Part shown: positions 49,722-59,393 of the stretch, in pieces
Layout: each line of letters opens with the position of its first letter
Numbering within the stretch: the stretch's first letter is position 1
Assembly (NCBI GenBank): GCA_035279405.1
Contig: DATEHU010000034.1
Span: 192,175 to 256,174, forward strand
Direction of reading: 5' to 3'
DNA: 64,000 nt
From: Gammaproteobacteria bacterium
GTDB taxonomy: Bacteria > Pseudomonadota > Gammaproteobacteria > Natronospirales > REEB76
Notes under the pieces: model-generated
The model's input: the letters and a program-made list of their open reading frames with translations, nothing else
Database searches by the model: none
Told to the model about the DNA's origin: nothing
Position numbers and translations under genes: made by a program

Positions 49722-50066
49722 TCAGACGAGGGGTGGGGCGCGAGAGCGGTGCGTGACGTGGAAGACGCGTTCCGGCACCGGCGTCAGGTGTGGAACGAAG
49801 GCCAGGAACCGCGCCCGCACAGCGGGCGGTTGCGGCTGGAACGTGGGGGAGAACACATCCAGCGCACCGTGCGCCATCACCTGGCAGATGGGGCAGTGCA
49901 ATTCGGCGGTCAGGGTTTCGTGATGATGGGCGAATTCCAGGGTGTAGAGGCCCACGGTGCACAGCACCGCCACGAGTAGCATTCCACTGAACCAGCGCGT
50001 GCGGCGTAGCCGCGTCAGCCGGATGGTGGAATGGTTTGAAGTTCGCTGCGAATTCATGCGGGTCAT
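49722..50066 (-). CDS. Small membrane-anchored protein, DUF2946-like (HCPxC motif)
   Basis: One TM (WFSGMLLVAVLCTVGLY), then a His cluster and HCPICQ, heading the cop-like gene string. The family assignment is from memory of the motif only. Confidence 0.45.
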   Translation of the reverse strand: MTRMNSQRTSNHSTIRLTRLRRTRWFSGMLLVAVLCTVGLYTLEFAHHHETLTAELHCPICQVMAHGALDVFSPTFQPQPPAVRARFLAFVPHLTPVPERVFHVTHRSRAPPLV

Positions 50067-50185
50067 ATCATGTTATGCGCACAGGGTACTGCAATCCCGG
50101 AGTTTTTGCAGGCGCGCCAAACGTGCCCAACTCATTGTGGGGCGGAGCGAACTGTTTCGAAACACAGACTGTCGAGGCAAGCGCT

Positions 50186-51709
50186 TCACTCGGCTGTGCC
50201 GTAAAAGCGGGCGAGATCCGCCTTGTATTGTGCGAGCGCCGGCACGTTGAGGTAGATCATGTGGCCGGACTGGTAGTAGCCGTAGCTGATGTTTTTCATC
50301 AGTGACGGGTCCAGGCCCATGTGATCCAGATCGTATTCGGTCTCGAAGAACGGCGTGGCGAAATCGAAATAGCCGTTGGCCGAGAACACCTTGAGGTGCG
50401 GATTCTCGGTCATGGCCGCGCGCAGGTTTTCCTCCACGTCCATGAGCGGATAGCTCTGGCCGCCAATGCGCTGGCCGTTGTCCCAGTCCTTGTTGACTTC
50501 ACCGTAGTTTTCCACTTTGTAGGCTAGATCAGTTTTGTACTTGAGATCGTTTTCCAGATACCAGTGGAACGCGGCGGTGAATGCCGGGCCGATGGCCGAA
50601 CCGGCCGGATCGTAGGATGGATTCTCGCCGGCGGCGTCGGCATCAATGCCTTCGAAGCGCGAGTCCAGGCGTCCGACGGTACGGTCCTGGCCACGCAGCA
50701 GTTCCTTCTCGAAACGGAAGGGATCAATGCGCAACTTGGCGTTCAGGATGTACTGCACCGACAGGCCGGTGTAGTCATGAAGCTTCTCGGCAATCGCCTG
50801 GGTGTCGGCGGCGCTCAGCTTGACGCCTTGGGCCAGCGCATGGGCGTAATCGCCGAGCGCGAAGCTGCGTACCTGCTGCAGGAACGCGGGCAGATCGGCG
50901 GGTTTGTTCGGCAGCTTGTCGTGATACCAGGCGGTGGCCGTCATGGTCGGCAAATACAGCTCATACGGCAGGTCCAGGCTGAAAGGCGGGCCGGGGAAAT
51001 CCACGAAACCGTTGAGCCACGACGATTGCAGCACCAAGCCGTTGAGCCCAATGCCGTTGCGTTGCAGCCAGTCGGACAGGCCCGCGGCACGCGTGGTGCC
51101 GTAGCTCTCGCCGAGCAGGAACTTGGGCGAGTTCCAGCGGTTGTTGAGCGTGACGTAGCGCCGGATGAATTTGCCGAAAGAGGCGATGTCCGGATCGGTG
51201 CCGTAGAAATCCTTGCCTGTGCCCGTGCCCACGATGCGCGAGTAGCCGGTGCCGATGGCGTCTATGAACACCAGATCGCTTTTGTCGAGCAGCGAATATT
51301 GATTCTGAACCAGATCGTAAGGTGGAGGCGGCGTGGGTTTGGCGTCGCTGGTGACTACGCGCACCGGGCCGAAGCTCCCCATGTGCAGCCAGATGGACGA
51401 TGAACCCGGCCCGCCGTTGAACAGGAAGGTGAGTGGCCGACGGTTCGCGTCCGCGCCGTCCCTGGTGTAGGCGACATAGAAGAAGCTGCCGATGGGTTTG
51501 CCCTGATCGCTGTCCACCAGCAAAGTGCCGGCCGTGGCGGTGTACTTGATGGTCTGGCCGTCAATCGTCAGGCTGTGGTGGGTGACCGAGCTGGTTTCTT
51601 TTGGCACCGGCAGCGCCGCTGCGGCCGTTGGGGACGGCGCATCGGCGGCAAACGCTGGCAGGGTCAAAATGCAGAGCAGCAGAGGCAACAGAACGATGGC
51701 TCTTTTCAT
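50186..51709 (-). CDS. S10 family serine carboxypeptidase (secreted), paralog 1
   Basis: NGGPGSSS and GESYG motifs, signal peptide after MKRAIVLL, and AGGAAA upstream of the ATG at 51709. Confidence 0.9.
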   Translation of the reverse strand: MKRAIVLLPLLLCILTLPAFAADAPSPTAAAALPVPKETSSVTHHSLTIDGQTIKYTATAGTLLVDSDQGKPIGSFFYVAYTRDGADANRRPLTFLFNGGPGSSSIWLHMGSFGPVRVVTSDAKPTPPPPYDLVQNQYSLLDKSDLVFIDAIGTGYSRIVGTGTGKDFYGTDPDIASFGKFIRRYVTLNNRWNSPKFLLGESYGTTRAAGLSDWLQRNGIGLNGLVLQSSWLNGFVDFPGPPFSLDLPYELYLPTMTATAWYHDKLPNKPADLPAFLQQVRSFALGDYAHALAQGVKLSAADTQAIAEKLHDYTGLSVQYILNAKLRIDPFRFEKELLRGQDRTVGRLDSRFEGIDADAAGENPSYDPAGSAIGPAFTAAFHWYLENDLKYKTDLAYKVENYGEVNKDWDNGQRIGGQSYPLMDVEENLRAAMTENPHLKVFSANGYFDFATPFFETEYDLDHMGLDPSLMKNISYGYYQSGHMIYLNVPALAQYKADLARFYGTAE

Positions 51710-51725
51710 GGCAGTTTCCTGTTGA

Positions 51726-51753
51726 TACAAAAACACCCGCGTGGCCGCGGGTG
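51726..51753 (-). terminator. Rho-independent terminator between the two S10 genes
   Basis: CACCCGCG (51734-51741) pairs with CGCGGGTG (51746-51753) around a 4-nt loop, with T-runs on both strands. Confidence 0.75.
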
Positions 51754-51770
51754 TTTTGTTTTATGGGGAG

Positions 51771-53309
51771 TTAATGGCTGTCGGTCTCGTCGTACCACTT
51801 GGCGAGATCGGCTTTGTACTTTGCCAGCGTCGGCACATGCAGATAAAGCATGTGTCCCGAAGGATAGTAATAGAACTGGATGTTCTTGTAGATGGCCGGC
51901 GGCAAGTCCAGCTGATCCAGATCGAACTCGGTCTTGAAGAACGGCGTCGCCAGATCGTAGTAGCCATTGGCCGAGAACACTTTCAGGTGCGGGTTCTTGC
52001 GCATCGCATCGCCCAGATTCGCGGCTACATCCGGCAACGGCGGAGTAAAGAACGACCTGCGGCCCGGCAGCGGGTGCTTCCAGTCCCAGGGCCCGATGAT
52101 GCTGTAGCCGGTCATGCGATAGGTTTCATTGGTTTCATATTTGAGTCTGTTCTTCACGTACCAATTCCACGCGGCCGTGTAGGCCGGGCCGATGCCCGTG
52201 TCGGAAGGATCGTATTCCGGGAAGGCCTGGTCGTTGTCGGAGTTGATGCCTTCGTAGCGCGCGTCGTAGCGGCCCAGGGTACGGTCGTCGTCGCGCAGCA
52301 ACTCCGCGCGGAATTGCGTGGCCGAGACCTTGAGGTTGGCGTTTTTCAGGAACTGCGCGCTCAGCCCGGTGTATTGCACGAGCTTCGCGAGCACGTCGTT
52401 GTACTCCGACTGCGGCAGCTTCGAGCCCTGGAACAGCGCATCGGCGTACTCGCCGCGCGCGAAGGCCCGCACCTGCTCAAGGAACGGCGCCAACTCGGCC
52501 GGCTTGTTCGGCAGCTTGTTGTGATACCAAGCAATGGCCGCGTAGGACGGCAGATAGGTGATGTACTCGAGGTCGGTGCCCGGCATGGTGTCGCCGTAAT
52601 TCAGGATGGTGGATTGCAGCACCACGCCGTTCAGCGCCACGCCGTTCTCTTGCAGCCAGTCGGCGAGATTCGCCGAGCGCGTGGTGCCGTAGGATTCGCC
52701 CAGCAGGTATTTCGGTGAATTCCAGCGGTTGTTCGCGCTGATATAGCGCTGGATGAACTGGCCGAAGCTCGCTACGTCCTGGTCCACGCCCCAGAAGTCC
52801 TTGCCTTCACCCTTGCCGACCAGGCGGCTGTAGCCGCTGCCGACCATGTCAATGAATACGAGATCGCTTTTGTCGAGCAACGAGTACTGGTTCGGCACGA
52901 TGCCGTAAGGCGGCGGCGGCGTGGCTTGTGCGTCGCTCACCTCGACGCGCACCGGCCCGAAAGAACCCATTTCCAGCCAGACTGAAGAGGAGCCCGGTCC
53001 ACCGTTGTACACGAAGGTTAATGGACGCGTTTTGGCCTCGGCGCCGTCCTTGGTGTAGGCCACGTAAAACATGCTCGCCGTCGGCTGGTTCTTTTCGTCA
53101 TGCAGAATTATGGTGCCGGCGGTCGCCGTGTATTTGACCGTCTGGCCGTTGATTACGACGCTGCCCTGCGTGACTGACTTGGTTTCCTTGGGTACGGGAG
53201 CCGTGGTCGCCGGAGCTTTAGCCGTCGCCGCACCCGGCGCATCGGCGGCGAAAGCGGGGATGGCGAGCAGCACGGTCAGCAGAGGCAGGCTGGCGAAGAT
53301 CTTGTTCAT
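51771..53309 (-). CDS. S10 family serine carboxypeptidase (secreted), paralog 2
   Basis: NGGPGSSS and GESYG motifs, signal peptide MNKIFASLPLLTVLLAIPAFA, colinear with paralog 1. Confidence 0.9.
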   Translation of the reverse strand: MNKIFASLPLLTVLLAIPAFAADAPGAATAKAPATTAPVPKETKSVTQGSVVINGQTVKYTATAGTIILHDEKNQPTASMFYVAYTKDGAEAKTRPLTFVYNGGPGSSSVWLEMGSFGPVRVEVSDAQATPPPPYGIVPNQYSLLDKSDLVFIDMVGSGYSRLVGKGEGKDFWGVDQDVASFGQFIQRYISANNRWNSPKYLLGESYGTTRSANLADWLQENGVALNGVVLQSTILNYGDTMPGTDLEYITYLPSYAAIAWYHNKLPNKPAELAPFLEQVRAFARGEYADALFQGSKLPQSEYNDVLAKLVQYTGLSAQFLKNANLKVSATQFRAELLRDDDRTLGRYDARYEGINSDNDQAFPEYDPSDTGIGPAYTAAWNWYVKNRLKYETNETYRMTGYSIIGPWDWKHPLPGRRSFFTPPLPDVAANLGDAMRKNPHLKVFSANGYYDLATPFFKTEFDLDQLDLPPAIYKNIQFYYYPSGHMLYLHVPTLAKYKADLAKWYDETDSH

Positions 53310-53447
53310 CGTCTTTCTCCAGTGGCAGGCAGCTTGGGCGTATGACCGCGAACGGCACGTCGGGTTCCGTGCGCCCGGGTCGGGGGTGGGAAGGCGGCGA
53401 TATTACCCGATAGCCTGCGTTCGAAGCGGAAATTGCATAGCCGGGTT

Positions 53448-53466
53448 TGTAACGAAGTGTAACGAA
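53448..53466. promoter_or_regulatory. Tandem direct repeat TGTAACGAA x2 (10-bp period) upstream of S10 paralog 2
   Basis: Perfect 9-mers at 53448-53456 and 53458-53466, about 140-155 nt upstream of the start at 53309. A possible operator. Confidence 0.3.
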
Positions 53467-53620
53467 TTGTCATGCGCAGCTGGGCAAGCATCTGAAAACC
53501 AAGGGAAAGCGCCTCAGGCCAAGATTAACGGAAGTATGTATTTAGCGAAAGCAGACCAGAGCTTACAGCACCCCCTCGTCCTTCCTTCCCCCTTGCTGAC
53601 GAGAGAGAAGGAGCGGTGTG

Positions 53621-55009
53621 TCACATCGTTTTGAACGCGTCGCGGGTCAGATTCTCGGGACCCGCGACGCGCGCCACGACGTTGTCTTCGATGCGGATGC
53701 CACCGTATTTGCGGAATTCGTTCACCTTCGGCCAGTTCACGTGCCGGCTGTGGTCGCCGGCTTTGAGCTGGTCCAACAATGAGGGAATGAAATACAGGCC
53801 GGGCTCGATGGTGGTGACAAAGTTTTGCTTGAGCACCCGGGTATTGCGCAGATACGGATGACCTTCGGGTTTGGGGATGACATCGCCGCGCGGGCTTGCC
53901 ATGAAGCCGCCGACGTCGTGTACTTGCAATCCCAACAAGTGGCCCAAGCCGTGGGGTAGAAATGTACTGCTGATGCCGTTGGCCGCGATTTCCCCGGGCG
54001 ACAAGCGCACGAAATCGAAATCATGCAGTAATCGTGCGATGGCTTGATGGGCTTCGAGATGCAGCGCCTTGAAATCGGTTTCCGGCCGGACTTTTTTGCA
54101 CAGCATCTGCTGCTCTTTGTCGAGCGCATCAATCAGCGCCTGAAACTCATCGGGCTCAGCTGAATATGTGCGGGTCACGTCCGCGGCGTAGCCGTTTACC
54201 TGGGCGGCGGCGTCAATCAGGAATGAATGCCGGCGCGCAGGTTTCTCGCGCTCCCGGTATTGGTAGTGCAGCGTGGCGGCGTGTTCGTTGAGCGCAATGA
54301 TGGCGTGGTAAGGCAGCTCGTCGTCGGTCTGGCCGCAGGCGGCACAAAAAGCCGTGTGAGTCTCGAATTCGCTGGCGCCTGCGCGAAACGCGTGCTCAGC
54401 CGCGCGATGGCCTTTGACGCTGATGGCATTCGCCTGACGCATGCATTCGAGTTCATAGTCGGTCTTGGCCGCGCGCGCATAGTGCAGCGGATTGAGCAGC
54501 GCTTCCGGATTCACGCCGGCAAAGCCCCAGCTCTTGAAGCGCTTCTGCCACTCGCCCAGGAACACGCAGCGGCGTGCCACCGGCAGCGCACGGGGCGCAT
54601 CGTCGGGCCGCTTGATGACGCGGATGTCGAAGTGCTCCACCCAGAAACCCGACGGCGGCGCCGGTGGCAGGTACCAGTAATCCTCGGGCTGGTAGTACAC
54701 CAGCACCGGTTTCTGTCCGGGCACATACACCACGAATGAGTCCGGCGCGTGCAGAAGCGGCAGCCAGTTCTTGAAATGTGGGTTGATCTGGAAGGGGTAA
54801 TCCTGGTCATCCAGGAACCAACCGTGCGGACTTCCGGCAAATACCGCTACCGCATCGAAGCCGGCCGCCTCGAGCGTCTGGCTGAAGCGTTGTTTAACGG
54901 TTTCGAGATGCGCCGGGTACAGATCGGCGAGCGCGGACTTTCCCTCGCTGTCCGCGACCTGGCGTGGGCTGGGATGACTCTGGCGGCTCACGGTTGCGCA
55001 CTCTATCAC
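53621..55009 (-). CDS. pepQ: Xaa-Pro dipeptidase (prolidase, M24B)
   Basis: PepQ-like N-terminus (LADLYPAHLETVKQRF), the HGLGHLLGLQVHD metal-site motif, and a C-terminal GGIRIEDNV motif. The true start may be downstream of 55009. Confidence 0.87.
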   Translation of the reverse strand: MIECATVSRQSHPSPRQVADSEGKSALADLYPAHLETVKQRFSQTLEAAGFDAVAVFAGSPHGWFLDDQDYPFQINPHFKNWLPLLHAPDSFVVYVPGQKPVLVYYQPEDYWYLPPAPPSGFWVEHFDIRVIKRPDDAPRALPVARRCVFLGEWQKRFKSWGFAGVNPEALLNPLHYARAAKTDYELECMRQANAISVKGHRAAEHAFRAGASEFETHTAFCAACGQTDDELPYHAIIALNEHAATLHYQYREREKPARRHSFLIDAAAQVNGYAADVTRTYSAEPDEFQALIDALDKEQQMLCKKVRPETDFKALHLEAHQAIARLLHDFDFVRLSPGEIAANGISSTFLPHGLGHLLGLQVHDVGGFMASPRGDVIPKPEGHPYLRNTRVLKQNFVTTIEPGLYFIPSLLDQLKAGDHSRHVNWPKVNEFRKYGGIRIEDNVVARVAGPENLTRDAFKTM

Positions 55010-55105
55010 TGCACCCGCCGTGGCGCCGCCCTGTGCGCTGCCGGGATTTGACTACGGCCAATTGACGCCGTATAGTAGCTGCTCGAACAGCTACTAATAA
55101 TTTCC

Positions 55106-55945
55106 ATGGCGGATGTAGCACCATTGCTGCGGGACCTTGGGTTTGGCGAGTACGAAGCGCGCGCGTACGCGAGCCTTGTCTCTGCTGGCACCGCCAATGG
55201 CTACGAAATAGCCAAAGCCTCAGGTATGCCGCGTGCCAACGTGTATGCGGTTCTCGAAAAACTCGTGCAGCGCGGCGCGGCCCGCCGCATCAAGCAGCGC
55301 ACCGGTGTGCGTTACGCCGCGATTCCACCCCGCGACCTGCTGCGGCATCTGGAGAGCGAGCATGCGCGCACGCTGGCCGCTGCGGGCCGGGCGCTCGAAG
55401 CCCTGGCACGCAGCCCGGAAGTTACCCCGGTATTCAATCTGAAAGATGAATCCGAGTTGCACGCCCAGGTAGGCGCGCTGATTGGCGGCACACGCCGCAG
55501 CCTGTTGGCCGCCATCCGGCCGCCTGAGGCCGCGAAGTTTGCGTCCCAGCTGCGCGATGCGCGGTCGCGGGGCGTCGCCATCACCACCTTGTGCATGGAT
55601 GCCTGCGCCGAACCCTGCGGCGGCTGCCAGGGGGATCTCTACCGTTACTGCGTCCATCCAGACCAGCGTGGCCGCTGGCTGCTGCTGGTGGCGGATGAGG
55701 CGCGCATGGTCGCAGCCGAAATCGATGCGCAGGCGATGCGTGCGATTGCGACCGAGCAATTCCTGGTGGTGTCACTGGCGTCTGCCTACATCCGCCAGAG
55801 CATTGCGCTCGCCACCCTGGCGGGTGAACTCGGCGAGAAATTTCACGGGCTGCTTTCCGAGCATGCCCGGCAGGTTCTGGATGCCCTGCATCCCGAAGGC
55901 GGCTTCTTCGAGCATCTTAAAGAGATGACGGGAACGGTCGTTTGA
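55106..55945 (+). CDS. TrmB family transcriptional regulator
   Basis: N-terminal wHTH LGFGEYEARAYASLVSAGTANGYEIAKASGMPRANVYAVLEKLVQRG. Confidence 0.85.
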   Translation: MADVAPLLRDLGFGEYEARAYASLVSAGTANGYEIAKASGMPRANVYAVLEKLVQRGAARRIKQRTGVRYAAIPPRDLLRHLESEHARTLAAAGRALEALARSPEVTPVFNLKDESELHAQVGALIGGTRRSLLAAIRPPEAAKFASQLRDARSRGVAITTLCMDACAEPCGGCQGDLYRYCVHPDQRGRWLLLVADEARMVAAEIDAQAMRAIATEQFLVVSLASAYIRQSIALATLAGELGEKFHGLLSEHARQVLDALHPEGGFFEHLKEMTGTVV

Positions 55946-55988
55946 GGTCCGCGAGAGCGGTCGTGTTTGTTTGAGTTGAGGAGGTCTT

Positions 55989-56633
55989 ATGTACAAGCAT
56001 CTATATAAATTGGCGGTACTGGGCACCGCCATCGCGCTGTTTTCCGGCGCGGCATTCGCCCAGAATCACGGTTCCGATCCTGCGCCGGCGGCGCAGGCCG
56101 GTTCCGGCACCAACATGTTCGGCGGCCCGATTTACAGCGGTGCTCCGGCCCTGAACGTCACGGCGGCACTGGTCAAAGCCGGCGGCGGCGCCGAGAATTT
56201 CGAGTTCTCGAAGGCCCTGGTGTCCATGCTCGGCGAGAAGACCGTGAACGCGGAAGTCGCCAAGCTCACCAAGCAGTACGGCAAGGATGAAGTCAACACC
56301 TTCATCACTGGCATGACTTATGCCGTCAAGGACGGCCTGAAGCGCGCCACCGAAGCCGGCGTCAAGCTGCCGGCTGCGCCCGCTGATCTGCATGGCGTGG
56401 CGCTGGCCCGCACGCTGGTCACCGCCGGCACCACGTCGGATGGCGTGTGGTGGTCCGGTTATCTGTTCGACCACGCACTCTCCCATGACTTGCATAACCA
56501 GGTGATGGAAGACATCAACACCAACGTCAGCACCCAGGCGGATCTGACCACGCACAAGATCCTCAACCAGGCGATGTTCGACGTGGCGCATGCGCTCGGT
56601 CACAAGCACGTGAAGCTTGCAACCCTGCATTGA
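55989..56633 (+). CDS. Secreted hypothetical protein
   Basis: Signal peptide LAVLGTAIALFSGAAFAQ, GAGGAGG upstream, and a strong terminator downstream. I recognise no family. Confidence 0.65.
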   Translation: MYKHLYKLAVLGTAIALFSGAAFAQNHGSDPAPAAQAGSGTNMFGGPIYSGAPALNVTAALVKAGGGAENFEFSKALVSMLGEKTVNAEVAKLTKQYGKDEVNTFITGMTYAVKDGLKRATEAGVKLPAAPADLHGVALARTLVTAGTTSDGVWWSGYLFDHALSHDLHNQVMEDINTNVSTQADLTTHKILNQAMFDVAHALGHKHVKLATLH

Positions 56634-56656
56634 TTGCGAGGCCGTTTGGAAGACTG

Positions 56657-56687
56657 AAACGGGGCGGGCGACCGCCCCGTTTTTTTA
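56657..56687 (+). terminator. Rho-independent terminator
   Basis: ACGGGGCGG-GCGA-CCGCCCCGT followed by TTTTTTT. Confidence 0.88.
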
Positions 56688-56739
56688 TGGGTGGATTGCA
56701 GGCGGTAAGATATCCAGCCTTTGTTGCGGAGACTTGCTC

Positions 56740-57714
56740 ATGGAATACCGGCGGCTTGGAAAATCCGGCCTCAAGCTGAGTGCCTTGTCCTTTGGTTCCT
56801 GGGTAACGTTCAAGAACCAGGTGGATCTCAGGCTTGCCGAGCAGTGCCTGAAGCTCGCCTACGATGCGGGCGTAAACTTCTTCGATAACGCCGAAACCTA
56901 CGCCAACGGCCATTCCGAACTCATCATGGGCCGGGCCCTGAAGAACCTCGGTTTCGAGCGCGATTCTTATTGTGTCTCCAGCAAGGTATTCTTCGGCTGT
57001 CGTGACCGGCCGCGCCCGACGCAGCAGGGCCTGTCGCGCAAACACGTGACCGAGGCTTGCCACCAGGCACTCGCGCGCCTGCAAGTGGATTACCTGGATC
57101 TGTACTTCTGCCACCGCCCGGATCCGGAAACGCCGGTCGAGGAAACCGTGCATGCCATGCACGACCTGATCCAGCAGGGCAAGGTGTTGTACTGGGGCAC
57201 CTCCGAATGGCCGGCCGAGACCATCGTCGCGGCACACCAGATTGCGCGCGAGCGCAACTGGACGCCGCCCAGCATGGAGCAGCCGCAATACAACCTGTTT
57301 CATCGCGAAAGGGTGGAACAGGAATACGCGCCGCTCTACCGGGATTACGGCATGGGCACTACCATCTGGTCGCCTCTGGCCTCGGGCGTACTGACCGGCA
57401 AGTACGCCAACGGCATTCCCAGGGAATCGCGCCTGAACCTGCCGGGTTACGAATGGTTGCGCGACAAATATCAGAATGACGAAGGACGCCGCCGTCTGCG
57501 CGCGGTCGAAAAACTGGCGGTCACCGCCCGCGAGCTTGGCATGAGTGCGAGCCAGCTGGCGATTGCCTGGTGCCTGAAGAACCCCAATGTCAGTACCGTG
57601 ATCCTGGGAGCCTCGCGCCTGGAACAGTTGCGGGAGAATCTGGGCGCACTCGCGCAGGCGTCCAGACTCCTGCCCGATGTCGTAGCGCGCATCGAAGCGG
57701 CTGCCAGCGCATGA
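56740..57714 (+). CDS. Aldo/keto reductase (Kv-beta / Tas-like)
   Basis: MEYRRLGKSGLKLSALSFGSWVTF...FFDNAETYANGHSE is typical of this AKR subfamily. The ORF-track start at 56617 is rejected. Confidence 0.92.
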   Translation: MEYRRLGKSGLKLSALSFGSWVTFKNQVDLRLAEQCLKLAYDAGVNFFDNAETYANGHSELIMGRALKNLGFERDSYCVSSKVFFGCRDRPRPTQQGLSRKHVTEACHQALARLQVDYLDLYFCHRPDPETPVEETVHAMHDLIQQGKVLYWGTSEWPAETIVAAHQIARERNWTPPSMEQPQYNLFHRERVEQEYAPLYRDYGMGTTIWSPLASGVLTGKYANGIPRESRLNLPGYEWLRDKYQNDEGRRRLRAVEKLAVTARELGMSASQLAIAWCLKNPNVSTVILGASRLEQLRENLGALAQASRLLPDVVARIEAAASA

Positions 57715-59333
57715 GTCCGGCGCTTTCGCAATCCCAAGTTGCGGAAATCCATCGCCGCATGCGCGAGGCGGCGGAAGCCTACAATCGCGCCGATATTGCC
57801 ACCGCGGTGCAAGACTGCCAGCAGGTTCTGGGTCTGCATGCGGAGTTCACGCAGGCCTGGCATTTGCTGGGGCTGTGCCGCTGGCAGCAAGGCCAACTGG
57901 CTGAGGCCGCCGACGCCTTGGAGCGTGCGGCCGGACCCGAGCCACGCGACGCGCAGGTCATGCACGATCTCGGCAACGTGTATTCGGATCAGAGCGCGTG
58001 GGCACCGGCCGTGCACGCCTATCTCAAGGCCATCGAATTGCACCCCCAGCAGGTCGAGAGTTTCCTCAACATGGGCGCGGCCTATGAGAACCTCGGGGAG
58101 CACGATCAGGCCGAGCGCGCCTATCAGCGTGCGCTGGCGCTGAACCCGCAGCTCGCGAGTGCAGCCGCGAGCCTTGCGTCACTCGCCGAAAGCGCCAATC
58201 GCCTGGACGATGCGGCGCGCCTGGTTGGGCGCGCGCTGGCGCTGGATGCCTCCGATCCGGTGGCCAATCTCACACGCGCGCAACTGGATTTTCGCAATGG
58301 CGATTTGGACGCGGCAGCCGCGCGGCTCGAAACCTTGGTGCGCGGACCGCTGCGGCCGCGCAACCGCTCGCTGGCATTTGCGCGTCTGAGCGCCATCCAT
58401 GAGCAACGCGGCAACTATGAGCGTGCCTTCGCCTCAGCCCAGGAATCAAAGCAGGCGCTGAACGCCGGGGATGCGGCGCCCGGTCCGGGCGTGTACACCC
58501 TGGCCACTGTCGAGCGGGTTGCGCGGCATTTGGACAATCTGGTCGCGGGCTCCGCTAGCGGCTCGACGCCGACCGGCGAAATTCCGGCATTCCTAGTGGG
58601 TTTCCCGCGCTCCGGGACCACGCTCCTAGACCAGATTCTGTCCTCACATCCGCAGCTCGTAGTGCTGGAGGAAAAGGAGAATCTGCAGGATTTGTTGCGG
58701 GATTTTGTCACTCGCGACGCGGGATTGGAGCAGCTTGCGAGCATGGATTCCGCGGCGCTCGAAGCTTATCGGCGCAGGTACTGGACGCGGGTAGCGGAAG
58801 CTCTGCCGCGGCGCGATCCAAAAAAAATCTTCGTCGACAAACTGCCGCTCAACACGCTGTTCATGCCGCTGATCACGCGGCTGTTTCCGGCGGCCCGGTT
58901 CGTGTTTGCCGTGCGCGATCCCCGCGACGTGGTGCTCTCCTGCTACATGCGCGCCTTCGGGCTGAACGAAGCCATGCGCAATTTCCTCACGCTCGCGGGA
59001 ACCGCGGAGCTGTACGCCGGGGTCATGCAGATCGGCATCCGCTGCCGTGAACGGCTTGGCGGCCAGGTGCACCTGATACGCTACGAATCCCTGGTGGATG
59101 ATCTGGAAGGCGCCGCCCGGGGTCTGTGTACGTTCCTCGGGCTTGACTGGGATCCGGCGATGTTGCGGTTTCAGGAAACCGCGAAAAAAAGGCGTATCAA
59201 CACGCCCAGTTATCATCAGGTGGTGCAGCCGGTGTACGCCTCGGCGCGCGCGCGCTGGCGGCATTACCGGAAATTTCTCGAGCCGGTGTTGCCGCAACTG
59301 CAACCCTTCTTGGATTTTTTCGGCTACAGCTGA
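57711..59333 (+). CDS. TPR-repeat sulfotransferase family protein
   Basis: N-terminal TPR repeats and a C-terminal sulfotransferase with the PAPS 5-prime-phosphosulfate loop GFPRSGTTLL and RDPRD. ATGA overlap with the AKR stop. Confidence 0.85.
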   Translation: MSPALSQSQVAEIHRRMREAAEAYNRADIATAVQDCQQVLGLHAEFTQAWHLLGLCRWQQGQLAEAADALERAAGPEPRDAQVMHDLGNVYSDQSAWAPAVHAYLKAIELHPQQVESFLNMGAAYENLGEHDQAERAYQRALALNPQLASAAASLASLAESANRLDDAARLVGRALALDASDPVANLTRAQLDFRNGDLDAAAARLETLVRGPLRPRNRSLAFARLSAIHEQRGNYERAFASAQESKQALNAGDAAPGPGVYTLATVERVARHLDNLVAGSASGSTPTGEIPAFLVGFPRSGTTLLDQILSSHPQLVVLEEKENLQDLLRDFVTRDAGLEQLASMDSAALEAYRRRYWTRVAEALPRRDPKKIFVDKLPLNTLFMPLITRLFPAARFVFAVRDPRDVVLSCYMRAFGLNEAMRNFLTLAGTAELYAGVMQIGIRCRERLGGQVHLIRYESLVDDLEGAARGLCTFLGLDWDPAMLRFQETAKKRRINTPSYHQVVQPVYASARARWRHYRKFLEPVLPQLQPFLDFFGYS

Positions 59334-59337
59334 GGGC

Positions 59338-59370
59338 AAAAAAATCCCGCGGCCCTTGCGGACCGCGGGA
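59338..59370 (-). terminator. Rho-independent terminator of the TonB-dependent receptor gene
   Basis: TCCCGCGG (59345-59352) pairs with CCGCGGGA (59363-59370). The minus strand reads the stem followed by TTTTTTT. Confidence 0.75.
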
Positions 59371-59393
59371 TGGGTTACGGACGCGAGCCGATC

